Source: Vicugna vicugna (Eukaryota). From it: a DNA stretch of 64,000 nt. Positions 1 to 13,329 of this stretch are shown here, piece by piece. The stretch's first letter is position 1. Each line of letters starts with the position of its first letter. Made by a program: the position numbers and the translations under genes. The stretch is from positions 4,924,691 to 4,988,690 of the forward strand of contig MU058824.1 of the NCBI GenBank assembly GCA_013265495.1. The letters run 5' to 3'. The notes beneath the pieces are model-generated. The model did not search any database. It saw only the letters and a list, made by a program, of their open reading frames with translations, and was not told the origin of the DNA.

Positions 1-1071
1 TTTCTTATTGAATTTCATATTTCCTATTTAATTTCATCCTAGATATCACTGACTATTTTTTAACTTAATAAAAGTCTAACAGGTTTTCCCAGCAACTGGT
101 CTGGGTGCAACAGGCTATTCTCTCTAAGCCCACCAGCCCCAAAAGATGCATGGAGTTGAGGCTCTGCACAACAACTGAATACATACCTCCCTCCTTGAGC
201 TTAGGAGTGAAATAAAGCAGGTAGACCCCAAAGATCAGAGCCTGAGTTGCTGGAGACAGACTGAGACTTCAAAGTGCGGGACAGGATTAACCTGCACCTA
301 GCTCTGGCTCTTTGATCCCAGGTCTGTCATGAAAGAAAAGGAAAGAAAAAAGAAAGTAGGATTTTCATCAGGAAGGGAAGAGGAATTGAGGGCTAGAAAG
401 TCAGATTTCATTAGATGCCTCTAAAAAAGGAAAAGCAAGAATAATGAGAAAAGTGGTTAAAACTTCAGTTTGCACAACCATTTAGAAGAAGAAACTAACA
501 GTCTGAGAGAAAAAGAAGACAAGCTTAAAAAGAAAGTAGCTAGTCCTGTTTGAGATAATAAAGGCAGAAAAAATAGTTTTTTGACTAGACAATACAAAAT
601 TAATTCAAGATTCCCTAGGGCTTATGAATACTGTTGAATACTGGAATGACGAAGTGTTTTCCCCATTACTTGGTAATTCAAAGTTTTTTCCTGTTTGGCT
701 GAAACGAGAGTGACAAAATGTGAATTACGGATAAGAGGTTAGAACTATAGAAGATTGGAAATTAGCCTACACAAGGAGAGTCTAGGAAATGGTCTAGTTG
801 AAGTAGTCATGCTTATGGAATTTAAGGGGACAAACACCTAGATCTAGCCTCAGGTGACTGGGGAAAATGCATCCTTGATTGAGTCTACAGCCTATTTAGT
901 AAAGGCCTGGTTTCACAAGGACTTGTGCTGAGAGCTGGCCTAGGGGTGGTAAAAATCATTGAATTGAAAGGGCCAGATATCTTAGTGAAGTTCCACAACA
1001 CAACTTGGTATTATAAAATGTGCAGTGGACTTAGAGTTAAAAATATGGCAGGCTCCTGCAGTGGTTAAGAA

Positions 1072-1206
1072 CATGGGAACTATGTTCAATATTTTGTGAT
1101 AACCTATATAGAAAATAATCTGAAAAAAAATATATAACTGAATCACTTTGCTGTACACCAAAGCTAATACAACATTGTAAATCAACTATATGTTAATTAA
1201 AAAAAA
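1072..1206 (+). mobile_element. L1 3' terminus (cetartiodactyl type)
   Basis: actgaatcactttgctgtacacc...acattgtaaatcaactata plus A tail; matches the 3' end of the 20.4-22.2 kb L1. Confidence 0.8.
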
Positions 1207-1209
1207 GGA

Positions 1210-1620
1210 ATATGAACAATTGAGTCAGCCTGCCATGGTTCAAATCTCAATCTTTCACTTAACTGCTTTGGAATGTTACTTACTTTATGAGACTAATTTT
1301 CTTCATCTGTAAAATGAATGATAATAATACCTACTCGAAAGGTTATTGTTAGAATTAATAAGCTAAGGCATGCAAAACATTTAAAAACAATTACCAGTAT
1401 ATGAAAAATGCTCAGAAAATTTTAGCTATTCTAGACTGGGCTCTGTGACTGAATTGTTAAGTGGCTTAGGGCAAGTTACTTTCCATTTTTGGGCTTTAGT
1501 CTCCTCATATGTAAAACGGGGTAGTAATATCTACCTCATATGCTAACATGAAGGTTAAATGAGATAGTAATCTACATAATACCTGACATGTCAAAAATAC
1601 TCATTAAATGGTATTTTTTG
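1210..1620. mobile_element. MIR SINE fragments (two)
   Basis: MIR core: cttcatctgtaaaatg...ataataatacctac; gggcaagttactt...tgtaaaacggggtagtaat. Confidence 0.7.
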
Positions 1621-3845
1621 TCCTTTATCTTATGCTATGTCAAGGAGATTTCATAAGCACCACTGATACAGTTGTCTGTGCTCAAAGTCGATTTTGAACT
1701 TTCGGCTATCTCCTGTGGATGTACTAAGCTGATTCAGCCAGTAGAGAAGAAAGGGTACACAAGACACAGTCTAGTAAGGCAAACTCTACTTAGTCTTTTG
1801 GTAGGATGGTAATAGAACAGAAGTGTCAAAATAGGAGAAGCCTTTGTTTAAGGATGTCCTTAAGAGTTTTGATCCAAATGCCAGGGTAAAAAACAGCTCT
1901 TATGCAATCTTGATGTAATCCAACTTCAGGTTTTAGGAGTTAAAGCTACAGAAAACTGGAGATTAGCCCAGAAAAGGAAATGGCAGAAGGTAAAAGGAAA
2001 ATGAATTCTGTAAGAGGGAACTAGAGAAAGTGGCACATTGAAAGAAAAGGAAACAGGAGGAAGAGGGAAGGAGAGAGAAAAAGGATAGCAGATAGCAGTC
2101 AGGCTTGGGAGGCTCTGAGCAAATATCTCCTTGCTCCTAGTGGGAAATCAATCAGAAACAGGATTTTCCAACCAAAGACAGAAGAGCAGTGAGATGATCT
2201 TCAGGAGTGCAAGTCTCTAACTAGTAGATTAGTCAAGGCCCCCTCTCCTTATACCACCAGACTCCCAGATCAGGTGAACCCAGGTACTGGTGACAGAAAC
2301 AGCAGTAACCCCTTGCTGTCATTCTAGATCAATAGGTGGTTTCTCCCACGTCACTTAATGCACGTGGCTGAAACTTTCCCACCTCTAAAAATAAGTGAAG
2401 AGAGGTACCAGGGGAGGATAACTGACCTGACTAATTCCATAATTTCTGGAATTTCTCATCAGATTGGTTGGAGTCAATTTACAGAGAAATACTGGAATTT
2501 CTTAGATTCCGAATGATCACAATTTATACTACCATAGTCAAATAGCATAATCTGGAATATTATGGCTATCAGTTAATTTAGTTAACCATATGGCTTCAGT
2601 CTCGGGAACACAAGAACATTTGTATTTCATCTCTCCAGACTGCATTTCTAAGATATCTGGAGTACAGCCACCTGATGATATTTCCATCTAAAGAATGGTA
2701 AGAAGAAAGCTAAATGACATAGCTGAGAGTCATCATGGGAGAGTCTGTGGTCCTGCAGAAGAGGCAGTAACTAATTTGCTTTCTCATCACCATTTCATTA
2801 CATATTTCTGTTTCAGTCTATCCACTGCTATGTCTCATGGTTTACATTCAGCTCAATTATCATACTTATGATACCATCTTCTCTCACTAAACAAAGAGCT
2901 CCTTAAAGATACAGATCATGCCTTTTTTCTTTTTTGTTTTCCTTAAATCTCTGTATCTCACTGCTTAGCTCAGCATTAGGCCCTGGATTTAATAAAGATT
3001 TGTTGAGTGAATAAGCACACAAGTAAATAGATGCTTAGAAACATATTTTGTTGAACTGTGATCAGATTTCCGTCCAAACCTCTCCAATGGAGGATAATAA
3101 CCTTCTCCCTGTGGGAGTATTTACATAATCAGAGAAGAGCTGGGGTGAAAGAGAAACCCCAGCTACTAATTCTTTGTTGATCTTCCTATGCTAAGGTCAG
3201 CAAACAGGAGGATAATCAGCATGGCTGAATAGGTGGGGTGGAGTGCGGTGTCAAGAGAAGCCTGGAGAGGAAGCTCACTAAAGTCTAGAATGTCATGAAA
3301 AGTCTAGTTCATGAATTACCGTGGCTCTCCTGTTGTCTATGCTTCTGATCATCCTCTACAGCTGCACTAATTCTCCTGTCCAATTTAGCAGAACAAGACT
3401 AGAACTGCTCAAAGAACAAGACATTAAAGAAAATCAACAATTAAAAAAAAAAGCAAACTCTAATTTATGAACAGGATACCATACAAGATTGGTTTGGCTG
3501 GCACAATTCAGGATGTGCTCAAAACCCAAGGCCTCACCCCCTATTCCTCTTGGAGACTTTTGGTTTCTGTCCTTCCCTTCCTGCAGGAGAAGCTGACAGA
3601 AACATCATCCATTCTACCCCAGGCAGATGGAAGAAGTTGAGAGTGGTGCTTTGCCATTCTGACTCATTTGGAATGTAGAACCAATGATTTCACATCAGTG
3701 TGTTAAAGGTAATATCAGTCATGTTTGATTGAACTGCCAGACATCACTTTCAGTTTTTCTCATTCATAAAACCTTTCGTAGGACAGGAGACGAGAGGCTG
3801 CTAAAGAAACAATTTAGGAGATTCAAAACTTAATCCCCTTTGTTT

Positions 3846-3985
3846 AGGGAGGCCAGGTTTAGCAAATAAAAATACAAAAACAAAATATGTCCCAAATATT
3901 ACATGGAGCATACTTATACTAAATAATTATTCACTGTTCACTGACATTCAAATTTAGCTGGGAATCATGCATTTTATCTGACTAC
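3846..3985. mobile_element. MER53-like hAT MITE, internally deleted
   Basis: ccaggtttagcaaataaaaataca...tatgtcccaaatatt...attcaaatttagctggg...ttttatctg. Confidence 0.75.
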
Positions 3986-5039
3986 TTTGTCTTTTACTGA
4001 GATCAGGAAAAATTAGTTCAACTGTTGCTCTAACTTTTCTAAAGAAACAGAATTCTAGAAACTGTCTCTAAAAATTTTAGATGTCTGTTTTATTTTAAGT
4101 AACTTTACTGAGACATAATGCACATACCATACAATTCATCCGATAAAATAAAATGTACAATTCAATGGGTTTTAGTGTGTTCACAAAGAGTTGTGCAACA
4201 CTGATGTCTGTTTTTTGTGTTTATTTAGATGTGGTGTTGTATGGGGCTCTATTACTAAGGCTCTGATTAACTTTCTGCCCTACATGCCACCATATCTATG
4301 CCCTCCTCCTTCCTGCTATTTCTTTTTCTTTTTACTTTTTCTGTCCTTTCCTATTAATTTCTCCAACTTAGTTATTTTCCCTTTGTGATTACACTTTTTC
4401 TTTAATTGTTTTTCAAATCACCAATGTAATACATAAATATACTTTACCTGTAAAAGATCCAAAACCAGAAATCAGAGAGAAAAAATATAAAGTTTTACTT
4501 TCCCATGCCTTCCACTCCTTCTTCCTTTTCCAAGGAAACTACTGTTAATAGACTGGTGTATAGCCTTTGGGTCCCTTTCTTAGGGTATTTACCTACAAAC
4601 ATACACACACACACACACAAACACACACACAAACAACTGTATTTTTTTTTTTAACAAATGAGATCCTGCTGTATTGCTCTGCTAGTTGCTTTTTTCATTT
4701 CACACTATGTATTGGAGAGCTTTCCATGTTAATATATACAAGCATGTCTCACTCTTTTGAATTTACTACCAGTATTGTTTAACTACCTAGCAATACTTGT
4801 TAATAATTTTTCTTGTTGTGTTATGGCAGTTTATGATAACAATCTTGATATTTGTATAGTGTATGAGTGGTCAAGGAGAGGGAAAGGAGAAATACAGTAA
4901 ATGGGACAAGCTTATAAACTCTACAGAACGGGGGAGCTCTCTAGGCATTGTGTGAGAGATAATTCAGTAGAACCACACAACATATATGCAAAACAGTAAA
5001 GCAACAGATCAAGGCAGGATATAAACAAGATTAAAAGTG

Positions 5040-5620
5040 AACTGTAGAAACCCAAGAGAAACGAAATTGTACATCCCCACAAAAACTTGTACATGAATGT
5101 ATATAGCAGCATTGTTTATAATAGCCAAAAAGTGGAAACAACCCAAATGTCTATCAACTGATGAATAGACAAACTGTGGTATGTCCATACAATAAAATGA
5201 TATTCAACCATAAAAAGGAATGAAGTACTGATACATGCTACAACATGGATGAACTTTGAAAACATTAAGTGAAAGAAGCCAGTCACAAAAGGCTACATAT
5301 TATATGATTCTATGTAAGTGTAAATGGGTTTTATATATATATGTATATATATATGTCATGTCCAGAATAGACAAATCCATACATAGAAAATAAATTAGTG
5401 GTTGCCACGGGATGGAGATGGGGGAATTGGGAGTGAATGCTAATGGGTATGGGGTTTCTTTTGGGGGTGATGAAAGTGTTCTAGAATTAAATTAAATTAC
5501 GGCCATGGTTCACAATCCTGTAAACATACTAAAAATCACTGAGTTGTATGCTTTAAAAGGGTGAATTTTATGGCAAGTGAATTATATCTCAATACGGCTA
5601 CTAAGTTAAAAAAAAAACTA
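5040..5620 (+). mobile_element. L1 (L1MB-like) 3' end
   Basis: aatagccaaaaagtggaaacaacccaaatgtc...attatatctcaata plus A run. Confidence 0.85.
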
Positions 5621-6744
5621 TAGAAATCAAGCACTATAGGAATTCAAGAAGGAAAGATAATGCCAGAGGGTGTGGGGACTGGTGGATAGAATTACTGGAG
5701 AAGGCTTCAGGGAGAAGGACTTACACTAAATCTGAAAGATGAATGTAGGTTCAGGATAGATGTAGGGAACACATATCTAGGCAGGAAGAAGAGCTTAATG
5801 AGACAGTTGGTCCTGAGACAAGTTGTATGATAGAACAGTTGGTAGGAAGAGTCTGAAGGAGGCAGGAAACAAGGCAGTCAGGCCTTTGATGTCTATCAAT
5901 GATCTTAAATTTTATCTCGTAGCTGACAAGGAATTCCAGAAAGATTTTGAGCAGGGAAAAATGTAATATTACTAGAATTTCAGAAAGATTAATATGATAT
6001 ATTTACAGACTGCAGACATAAAGATCACTTAAAAGATTGCTGCAAGTATGGAGATTCCTCAAAAGACTACGAATAGACTTACCCCAGATCCTTTCAGTAC
6101 TTTGATTCACCATAGCAAAGCATGGAAATGGTACAGAAATCCTCTCTAACACCATCCCAGATCCACTTGCTCTGTCGACACAAAGTCTGCAAAGGATGAT
6201 CTGATCTGCCTCAGCAACATCTTTTCACATTGGCCACCTCCTTTTTAGCAGGAGGTGGTTGTAAAGGATGGGGAGAGGAAAGGAACACATGCTTTTCTGA
6301 TGAACCTCCAAATAAAAGCATAAAGTAAGATAAAAGTACAAAAGATGAGAGATTGTTACTACTCAAATTTTCAAATGACAAAACACCAGAGCTTGTGATT
6401 GTAAGTACGAAGTATTTACTTCTGCAAAGTATATTTCCTTTCCTGGTCAGTTTGCTTGATTGGTAGCTTGGCCTGTCTGTTTATCTGTCACATATAAGAG
6501 TGCACACACACATGCATGCCCACATGAATACTTTTTAGAGGCAATAATAATGACATACAGACTTAGAGTTCACCAACCTCCGCTTTGTCTGCCTTCACTT
6601 TGCCTATCAAGTAGAGACATTGCAGAGTAGTTCCAATTATAATTCCATGGAATTTCTGTAAAGGAAATACAGAGATTTAGAATGAGAATTTCTCATTGCT
6701 TGATATCATTTTACTTAAATGTATGCTTAAGACTGGGATTTAGA

Positions 6745-6960
6745 CTGGGATTTCAAAATTGTAGAATAGATAAACAAGATTACACTGTATAGCACAGGGA
6801 AATATACACAAAATGTTATGATAAATCACAGAGAAAAAATGTGACAATGAGTGTGTATATGTCCATGAATGACTGAAAATTGTGCTGAACACTGGAATTT
6901 AACACAACATTGTAAAATGATTATAAATCAATAAAAAATGTTAAAAAAAAAAGAAAGAAA
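6745..6960 (+). mobile_element. Young camelid-type L1 3' terminus
   Basis: Highly similar to the reverse-complement copy at 51454-51681; ends aaatcaataaaaaatgttaaaaaaaaaa. Confidence 0.8.
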
Positions 6961-8756
6961 ATTGGAATTTGGATAAAATCCAAAATAAGTCTACCTCTAA
7001 AATGCTTATGCTAAATTTTAGAATTCATTTCATACATCCTTATCAAAAAGTTATATTTTCAAACCTTGGGAAACAAATTCTACTTCTTGGCAACGAAATC
7101 TAAGCTGATAACTATAATAAGTCAGAAAATTTATCTGAAACTTGGAAACAGGCAAAAAAGAAATTATTGGGTGATCTTTTAGTGAAGTTCTGGGCTTATA
7201 CCTTTGATTAGTTTTCTATTGACTGGTCTACTCTTTATCTGCATAGGGCAGTGATTAACTTGTAGATTTTTATCCAATATAGATACAAGTATTTTATGTC
7301 TGGTGGAAAAGATAACTTCAAAGGTTATGATTAATGCACTTTAGGACTTAAATTAGTTTTGCGTGTAACTGAGAAATCTTAACACTTCTTTATGAAATTG
7401 CCTACCGATACATGGCTCCTAAATTTTCATTTGAACTGGTCTTAACATCTTATTGATTCCTTCATTAATTAATGAGATATCTTTGACATCTCTTCATTTT
7501 CTACTTATGAGTCTTTTTTTTAACCTTTTGAAAATTATACTTTCTCAAACTCCATGAGTATGCTACATAGAAAATCCTTCTTTCTCTCCATCCTTAACCC
7601 AATTCAGGAAAGGCCAATAAAGTACATTTATTTTAATTAATTAATTAATTTCTTTCAGGTCTCCTAGTGCACTAAGTGTGCATAAGCCAAGACTAGAAAA
7701 CTTTACGTGTAGTTTCGTCTTGTTATCCCCCCCAAATCAGATGGGATAAAAATCCATAATGTTGAGGGGAGTATAAAGTCTAAGTAAAAGAGTGTTTACA
7801 ATCAAGGGGTAATCAGCTGTCAGAAAAAAAAATTACCTGGACACAACTGTGATCACTTTAGAATAAGAATGCTTCTTCAAGGTCTGCCCTCAGTGAGTCC
7901 CAAGTAACCTCATTAAGGATACAATTCATATTTCAATAATCTAGGCAGAGCTGCATAAAATAACCTTATGAGCCAGGGAGTTAATAGCAGTTAGATGAAA
8001 AACAATAGGGAACAAAGTGCTGGGTATTGTGACAAATTGGTGAGTACATGCTTTCTATAAAAGTATCGAACATTTTTTTAAAAAGCAAAATTAAATATTG
8101 TGTAGGCCGAACAAAATTCACTTGTGCTGCAATCTTTATACCCCAACCTAAGGGCTGTTTCTTCTGTCACCAGAATCTGTGTGCTCCTAACCAACACTAA
8201 CAGTTCTAACAGCACCACTCTCTAGGCACCCAGTCGTACTCTCAGTTACCTGCACCCCCAAAGTAGGCTCAGGGTTCATACTGTTGCTGAGAAGGAAGAA
8301 CCAAGGATGGGATATCCTGAAGTTCTGGATTTTCTCCAACCCCTGCAGGGCCATCAGCCGCTTTGAAAGGGTAGCCTGGCCAAATGCACACAAGCAGCAC
8401 AGCTTGGAATTTGAAATGCTTATAAGACACTTAACAGCCAGCCAGGGAACTGAGTAATGACTCCTTAGCTGGAACCAGGCACTCACCCAATCTTGTGACG
8501 CTCTCTGCACACACATCACATTACACAGCAGCCAACTGGAAAGTACATTTAAGCTGTTAAACTCAGAGGAGTGGAAGAATGGGAGGGAAGGGGGGAAGAA
8601 ATGGGATGTGGGAGGAAAAAGGGAAGAAATAGAGCAAAAAAAGGATTAGGAGTCAGAAAACTGAGTTTCATTTCAAAGTCTGCTACTAATTAAGGACAAT
8701 ATGACTTGGAGCAAGTTATTAACCACTTCACAACTCAAATTTATTCTAAAATGAGG

Positions 8757-8762
<6 letters not shown>

Positions 8763-8790
<28 letters not shown>
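8763..8790. repeat. (TG)n microsatellite
   Basis: About 14 TG units. Confidence 0.9.
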
Positions 8791-8974
8791 ATAATTTTTT
8801 ATAAAAAAACAAAATACACTAATTAGATCCAAGATGGAGAAAAACCTGATAAGGAATAAATTTGCCAGAGAGAGGTTTAGGGGTAATTACATATTACAGA
8901 CTAAGCACAACATTAGTTTCCATTAGGGGGCTGAGAAGAATAGCTACAAGAGGATTAAATTAAACAATATATGG

Positions 8975-9070
8975 CAGGGTAGGCACAGAGCTCAGTGGTA
9001 GAGTATGGACTTCACATGCACGAGGTACTGGGTTCAATCCCCAGTACCCCCCTTAAAAATAAATAAATAA
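8975..9070 (+). mobile_element. Vic-1-like SINE
   Basis: agctcagtggtagag...gggttcaatccccagtacc followed by (aaat)n. Confidence 0.85.
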
Positions 9071-9169
9071 GTAGTGTATGAAAATGTCTGCCACAGTACT
9101 TGACACAAAGTAGTCAATCAATAAATGGTGGTGTTTTCAAACTTTAATATGCCCTCCAGATTGGTTTTA

Positions 9170-9840
9170 AAAAATCAAGTCTAGTAATACTGTGTTTGAG
9201 AGAAAGTGGAACCACTGGAACACTTACATACTGGTGGTGTTAAAAATTGGACAACCACTTTGGAAAACAATCTGGCCTTATAAAGTTGCTGGAGCATTTA
9301 CCCTATAATCTAGCTAGTCCATCTTATATATACCCTAGAGAAACTCTCATACTATACCATACACAAGGATGAGTACAGGAGCACTGCTCAGAACAGCAAA
9401 ACTGGAAACCAATCAAATGACTATTAATGGTAGAAGGAAGAAGTAACTTGTGGTGTGTTCATACAATGGAAAGTGACACAGGTGTGAAAATGAGTGAGCT
9501 AAGTTATACACGTTAACACTGTTAAATCTCAGGAATTTAACATTAAGGGAAAAAAAAACAAATTGCAAAAGAATACATAATCATTCCACTTACATAAGGT
9601 CAATGATCATGTAAAACTGTATCATCAGGGATAAATACTTTCAAGGTAAATACAGAGAAACAAGGGAATAAAAAGTACAAAATTCAGGATCGAGGTTAGG
9701 GAGAGGGAGGGGGAGGGGAAGGAAAAGGCATATTCAGAGCTTCAGGCTACACTTGTGCTCATGCTGTTACTCTTTACAATTTACACATTTGTTACAATTT
9801 TTATTCAATATATGATAATAACAAAAAACTGAAAAATCAA
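9170..9840 (+). mobile_element. Old L1 (L1MC/ME-like) 3' fragment
   Basis: acaaccactttggaaaacaatctggc and following degenerate L1 3' motifs. Confidence 0.65.
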
Positions 9841-9944
9841 AATGAACAGACTAGTAGGAAATACTCTTCCTACCTGACTCAGGAGAGTAATTTTTTAAGT
9901 AACACTTATTAAAAGAGTAAGCCCAATTCAGGTTACTACATTAA

Positions 9945-10490
9945 AATTTTTTTTAATTTATTTTGAGATAATTTTAAAATTACAGAAGAGTTGCAAAAAT
10001 AGTACAGAGAATTTTCATATATACCCCACCCACCTTCTTATGTTAATATCTTACATAACCATAGAACAATTAACAAACTAAGAAATTAACCTTTGTATAA
10101 CCCTATTAACTAAAGTACAGAAAATATTTATTTCTTTTACGAATTCTTTCCACTAATATCTTTGTTGTTGTTGTTCTAGGACCTAATCCAGGATCCCATG
10201 TTGCATTCAGTTATTTGTCTCCTTTAGTCTGTGACTGTTTCACATTCGTTCCTTGTTTTTCATAATCTTGACAGTTTTGAAGGGTACTGGCCAGTTCTTT
10301 TGTAGAATGTGCCACAACATGGGTTTGTCTGATGTGCCCTTGTCACTGAATCATGTCAGGGGATACCCGCTGTTGTATGTATTCCTGGTGATGTGAGCCT
10401 AGAATGCTTGTCTAAGATGGTGTCTGCCAGAACTCTTCCCCATAAACTTATAATTTTTCCCTTTGAAATTACTAAAAATTTGAGGGGAGG
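9945..10490 (-). mobile_element. Old L1 (L1MC-like) 3' end
   Basis: ttttgagataattttaaaattacagaagagttgcaaaaatagtacag...aatccaggatccc. Confidence 0.7.
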
Positions 10491-12319
10491 ACCATCACAT
10501 TTTAAAAAGAAGGTTGAAAAACAGTCGAGTCATAAAGGAGTCATTAAAGAGAAGTCAAAAAATAACACCAGCCTCTAAAAGGCATGGTTATATGAACTAA
10601 AGCTCCTCATTTAGACATGAGAATCTAAAAGTAGCAGAAGAGGTCCCACCTTGAGGTGATAACCTCCAAGCGGCTTAGACCTTAAACTGAATTGCACAAC
10701 ATGGAAATGAGGATGACCTTACAGAAACTTGGGGTTGAGGGTAGAATACTGATCCACTGATCAGTATTAGCCTACAGAGTTCGAATTGGCACTACATTGC
10801 AAACCAGTCAAGTCACAGCTGTGATTCTGTGCTGCCAGCATTCTGCACCCTCCACAGCACACCTGCTACATACAAAAACCTGGTGAGTTTACTAGGTATG
10901 AAGTTTTAGAGAAAGACTTTAAGTTTATTTTGAGCTTGTTTTGAAAACAACATAAACTAAAACACAATGCAGTCTGGCAACGGCATATTTGTGATGCCAG
11001 CATAGCCAATGACTCTCAGTACTAGACTATCCTAGGCCGCATGCACACAAGTCATTATTGGCTCTCAGTGAATAAATCTGTCTTCCAGAGACTGGAGCTC
11101 TTTACCAAAGAAGGAGTAAACCCCTGCTCAACTTGAATGTTTTTGAGAACCTGAGGAAAGGACTCTCACATAGAAGTAGATGTGCCCATAAACCTCTGAC
11201 TAAAATAAGAGCTACATTTCCCCAAAACTTGTGTAAAATCATGGAAGCTTCCAGTCTATTCCATTAAGGGTTTCTGAGTTAGCTATTCTATCCAATGCAC
11301 AAATCCCCAGAATTATTCCAGAAATCAACATTCTCCCATTCCAATTCTCACCACATGAATCTCAAAAAGGTAATAAAAGTTTTCCTTTTTAATGCAACAG
11401 AAGCACATATACTACAAAAAAAAAAAAAAAGCAAGTCTTACCCAGAAATGCTTTTAAAAGGCACAGCCTGAAACCTGCCAGCACTCCATACTACGCCTCT
11501 CTTCTCAGTTCCAATCCCTGCATTATCCCCTCCTTATTTCAATCACAAATTCTTTCTGACAGGAAAACACTCTAGGAAAACAAAGATTTCCTAAATTTAG
11601 AAACTTTAAAACTCTGGGAGACGTAGGAAGACATGAAACATTTGCTAGTCTATCATGCCATTGAGATGACTAGATCTCCTTCAGTTTCCTACGTCTAACT
11701 GATTCCGGGCTTCTGGGGACTTGCCCAAATCCTTTTTTGTGGATTTTTCTTCCTTCTGTTTCCTCTAGATAGCAAAAATGAAAAGAGTCTCAAAACCTGC
11801 ATTTTCAACCTGCTTCTTCCAAAACTGGTTCATGGACCCCTCACAATCTTTCAATTAACTTGGATTTGGTTTCAGGTGGTTTAAAGCAAAAAGCTAAAGA
11901 TGAATGCAAAACAAATTTCAAACACAAAATGGAGTATAAAAGAACCTGCAAAACTGCAGTTTCTTAGCTAGTTTTTATTTTCAAACTCATGATCTTCCTC
12001 AGGAGTTACCTGCTCAGTCTATAAGGCAGGCTTTGTAAAGCAACTGTGTGCTACAAAACTCCCTCTTTTCTGCCTAGAACTTTAAACTGGGTCTGAACAA
12101 ATATTGGGGTCCATGAAATATCCTTCTGGTGCTTGTAACTTTGCAGTCTCATAGAGAAAACTCCTTATTAGGTAGCATAATACTAATTCTTTGGGATGGT
12201 TTATTTTCCTCTTTTTTTTAGTCTATAAAAATGAGTCAATGTTTACTAAGCTAGTCTTAACTGTTCTGCACATATAGGTAGTTAACAGATGTCTGTTGAA
12301 TGGAATCTTGGAAACAAGA

Positions 12320-12378
12320 TTCTTTTTTTAAATAAATATTATTTAAAATACGTTCTTTTTTTAAAATAAATATTATTT
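12320..12378. repeat. Short tandem duplication (~33-bp unit)
   Basis: ttctttttttaa(a)ataaatattattt occurs twice. Confidence 0.7.
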
Positions 12379-13329
12379 GTTTTAAAACTGGGGGCGAGAG
12401 AGAGAGGAGAAGGAGCACCGACTGGTGGGGAGTTCGAAAACCCCTGTTCTATTCTCAGCTGGATTCTCAAGTTATTTTTACCTAAAGCAAATGACTCTTT
12501 CCTTAAGTTTTCCAGCTTTTCTTATCTGCAATAAAGAGCAATACCTGCCACTTCCCTTTCCCACTCAAGAAAAAAAAAACAATGTAAAGCAAGAGTTTTT
12601 CAAATAGTGTTATGCAGAGAAAGGAGGTTTCAGAACCCTATTCTGAATTGGATTAGGGGTAGAGGGAAGCAGAGGAGAAGGGTACTTCCTCTCCCTTAAC
12701 TTGAGTAACTCCAATTTTATTAGGGCTTTTCCTATATTTTAAATTGGAAAAGTAGTTTCTCTTGCTAAAAACAAAGTTGGAAGATCAGCTGGTACTTCTG
12801 GGGTAAGTACTTATTTGAATAAGTTAAAATGTACATTTTTAGAGGGAACTTGGCTTCCAGCTAGGCCAGGTGCAGTTCAAAGTCTTTAAACAGTCTCTCT
12901 CAAGGTACCTAAGATTGGCATCTATGCGGCCTTGGCACAAATTCCCAGCAAAAGCTGGGACTACTGGGAACCACTTGAAGGTATTTCACTTTCACACCTC
13001 CATCTTTCCTATTCCCCAGGTCAGGCCCCACAGTTCATTAAGACACTTAGTCTTCTCCTCTCTTGTTTTCATGACAATTCATTCTCTTGTTTTTTCTGCT
13101 TTGCAGTTGATGTAGTAGAGTTAGACTGACCTAACTCTAAACCCGGAGTCAACACTATCAAACTTATGACCTTGGGCCAATGATATAATCACTCTGAACT
13201 TTAGTCTCCTTATCTCTCACATGAGATAATCACTTCACCTTGGTTGCAAAGATTACGTAAAATAAAGTATATCAAGCATTTTTTTACAGTGCCTTGCGTA
13301 TAATAGGTGCTATTCCCCCAAAGCACTGT

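Noticed and set aside
2587..2687. Minus-strand exon-like ORF MEISSGGCTPDILEMQSGEMKYKCSCVPETEAI
   Set aside because: Reasonable acceptor but weak donor (gttaac) and no recognisable homology
8187..8519. 110-aa minus ORF and other 60-150 aa ORFs in the track (e.g. 43284-43697, 47716-48159, + strand ORFs over UNC13B exons)
   Set aside because: Mostly non-ATG starts, repeat-derived or antisense shadows of real exons; no domain similarity
10745..10768. Perfect hairpin aatactgatc-cact-gatcagtatt (similar 9-bp stem at ~6234-6258)
   Set aside because: Stems of 9-10 bp are expected by chance in 64 kb; no RNA-gene context
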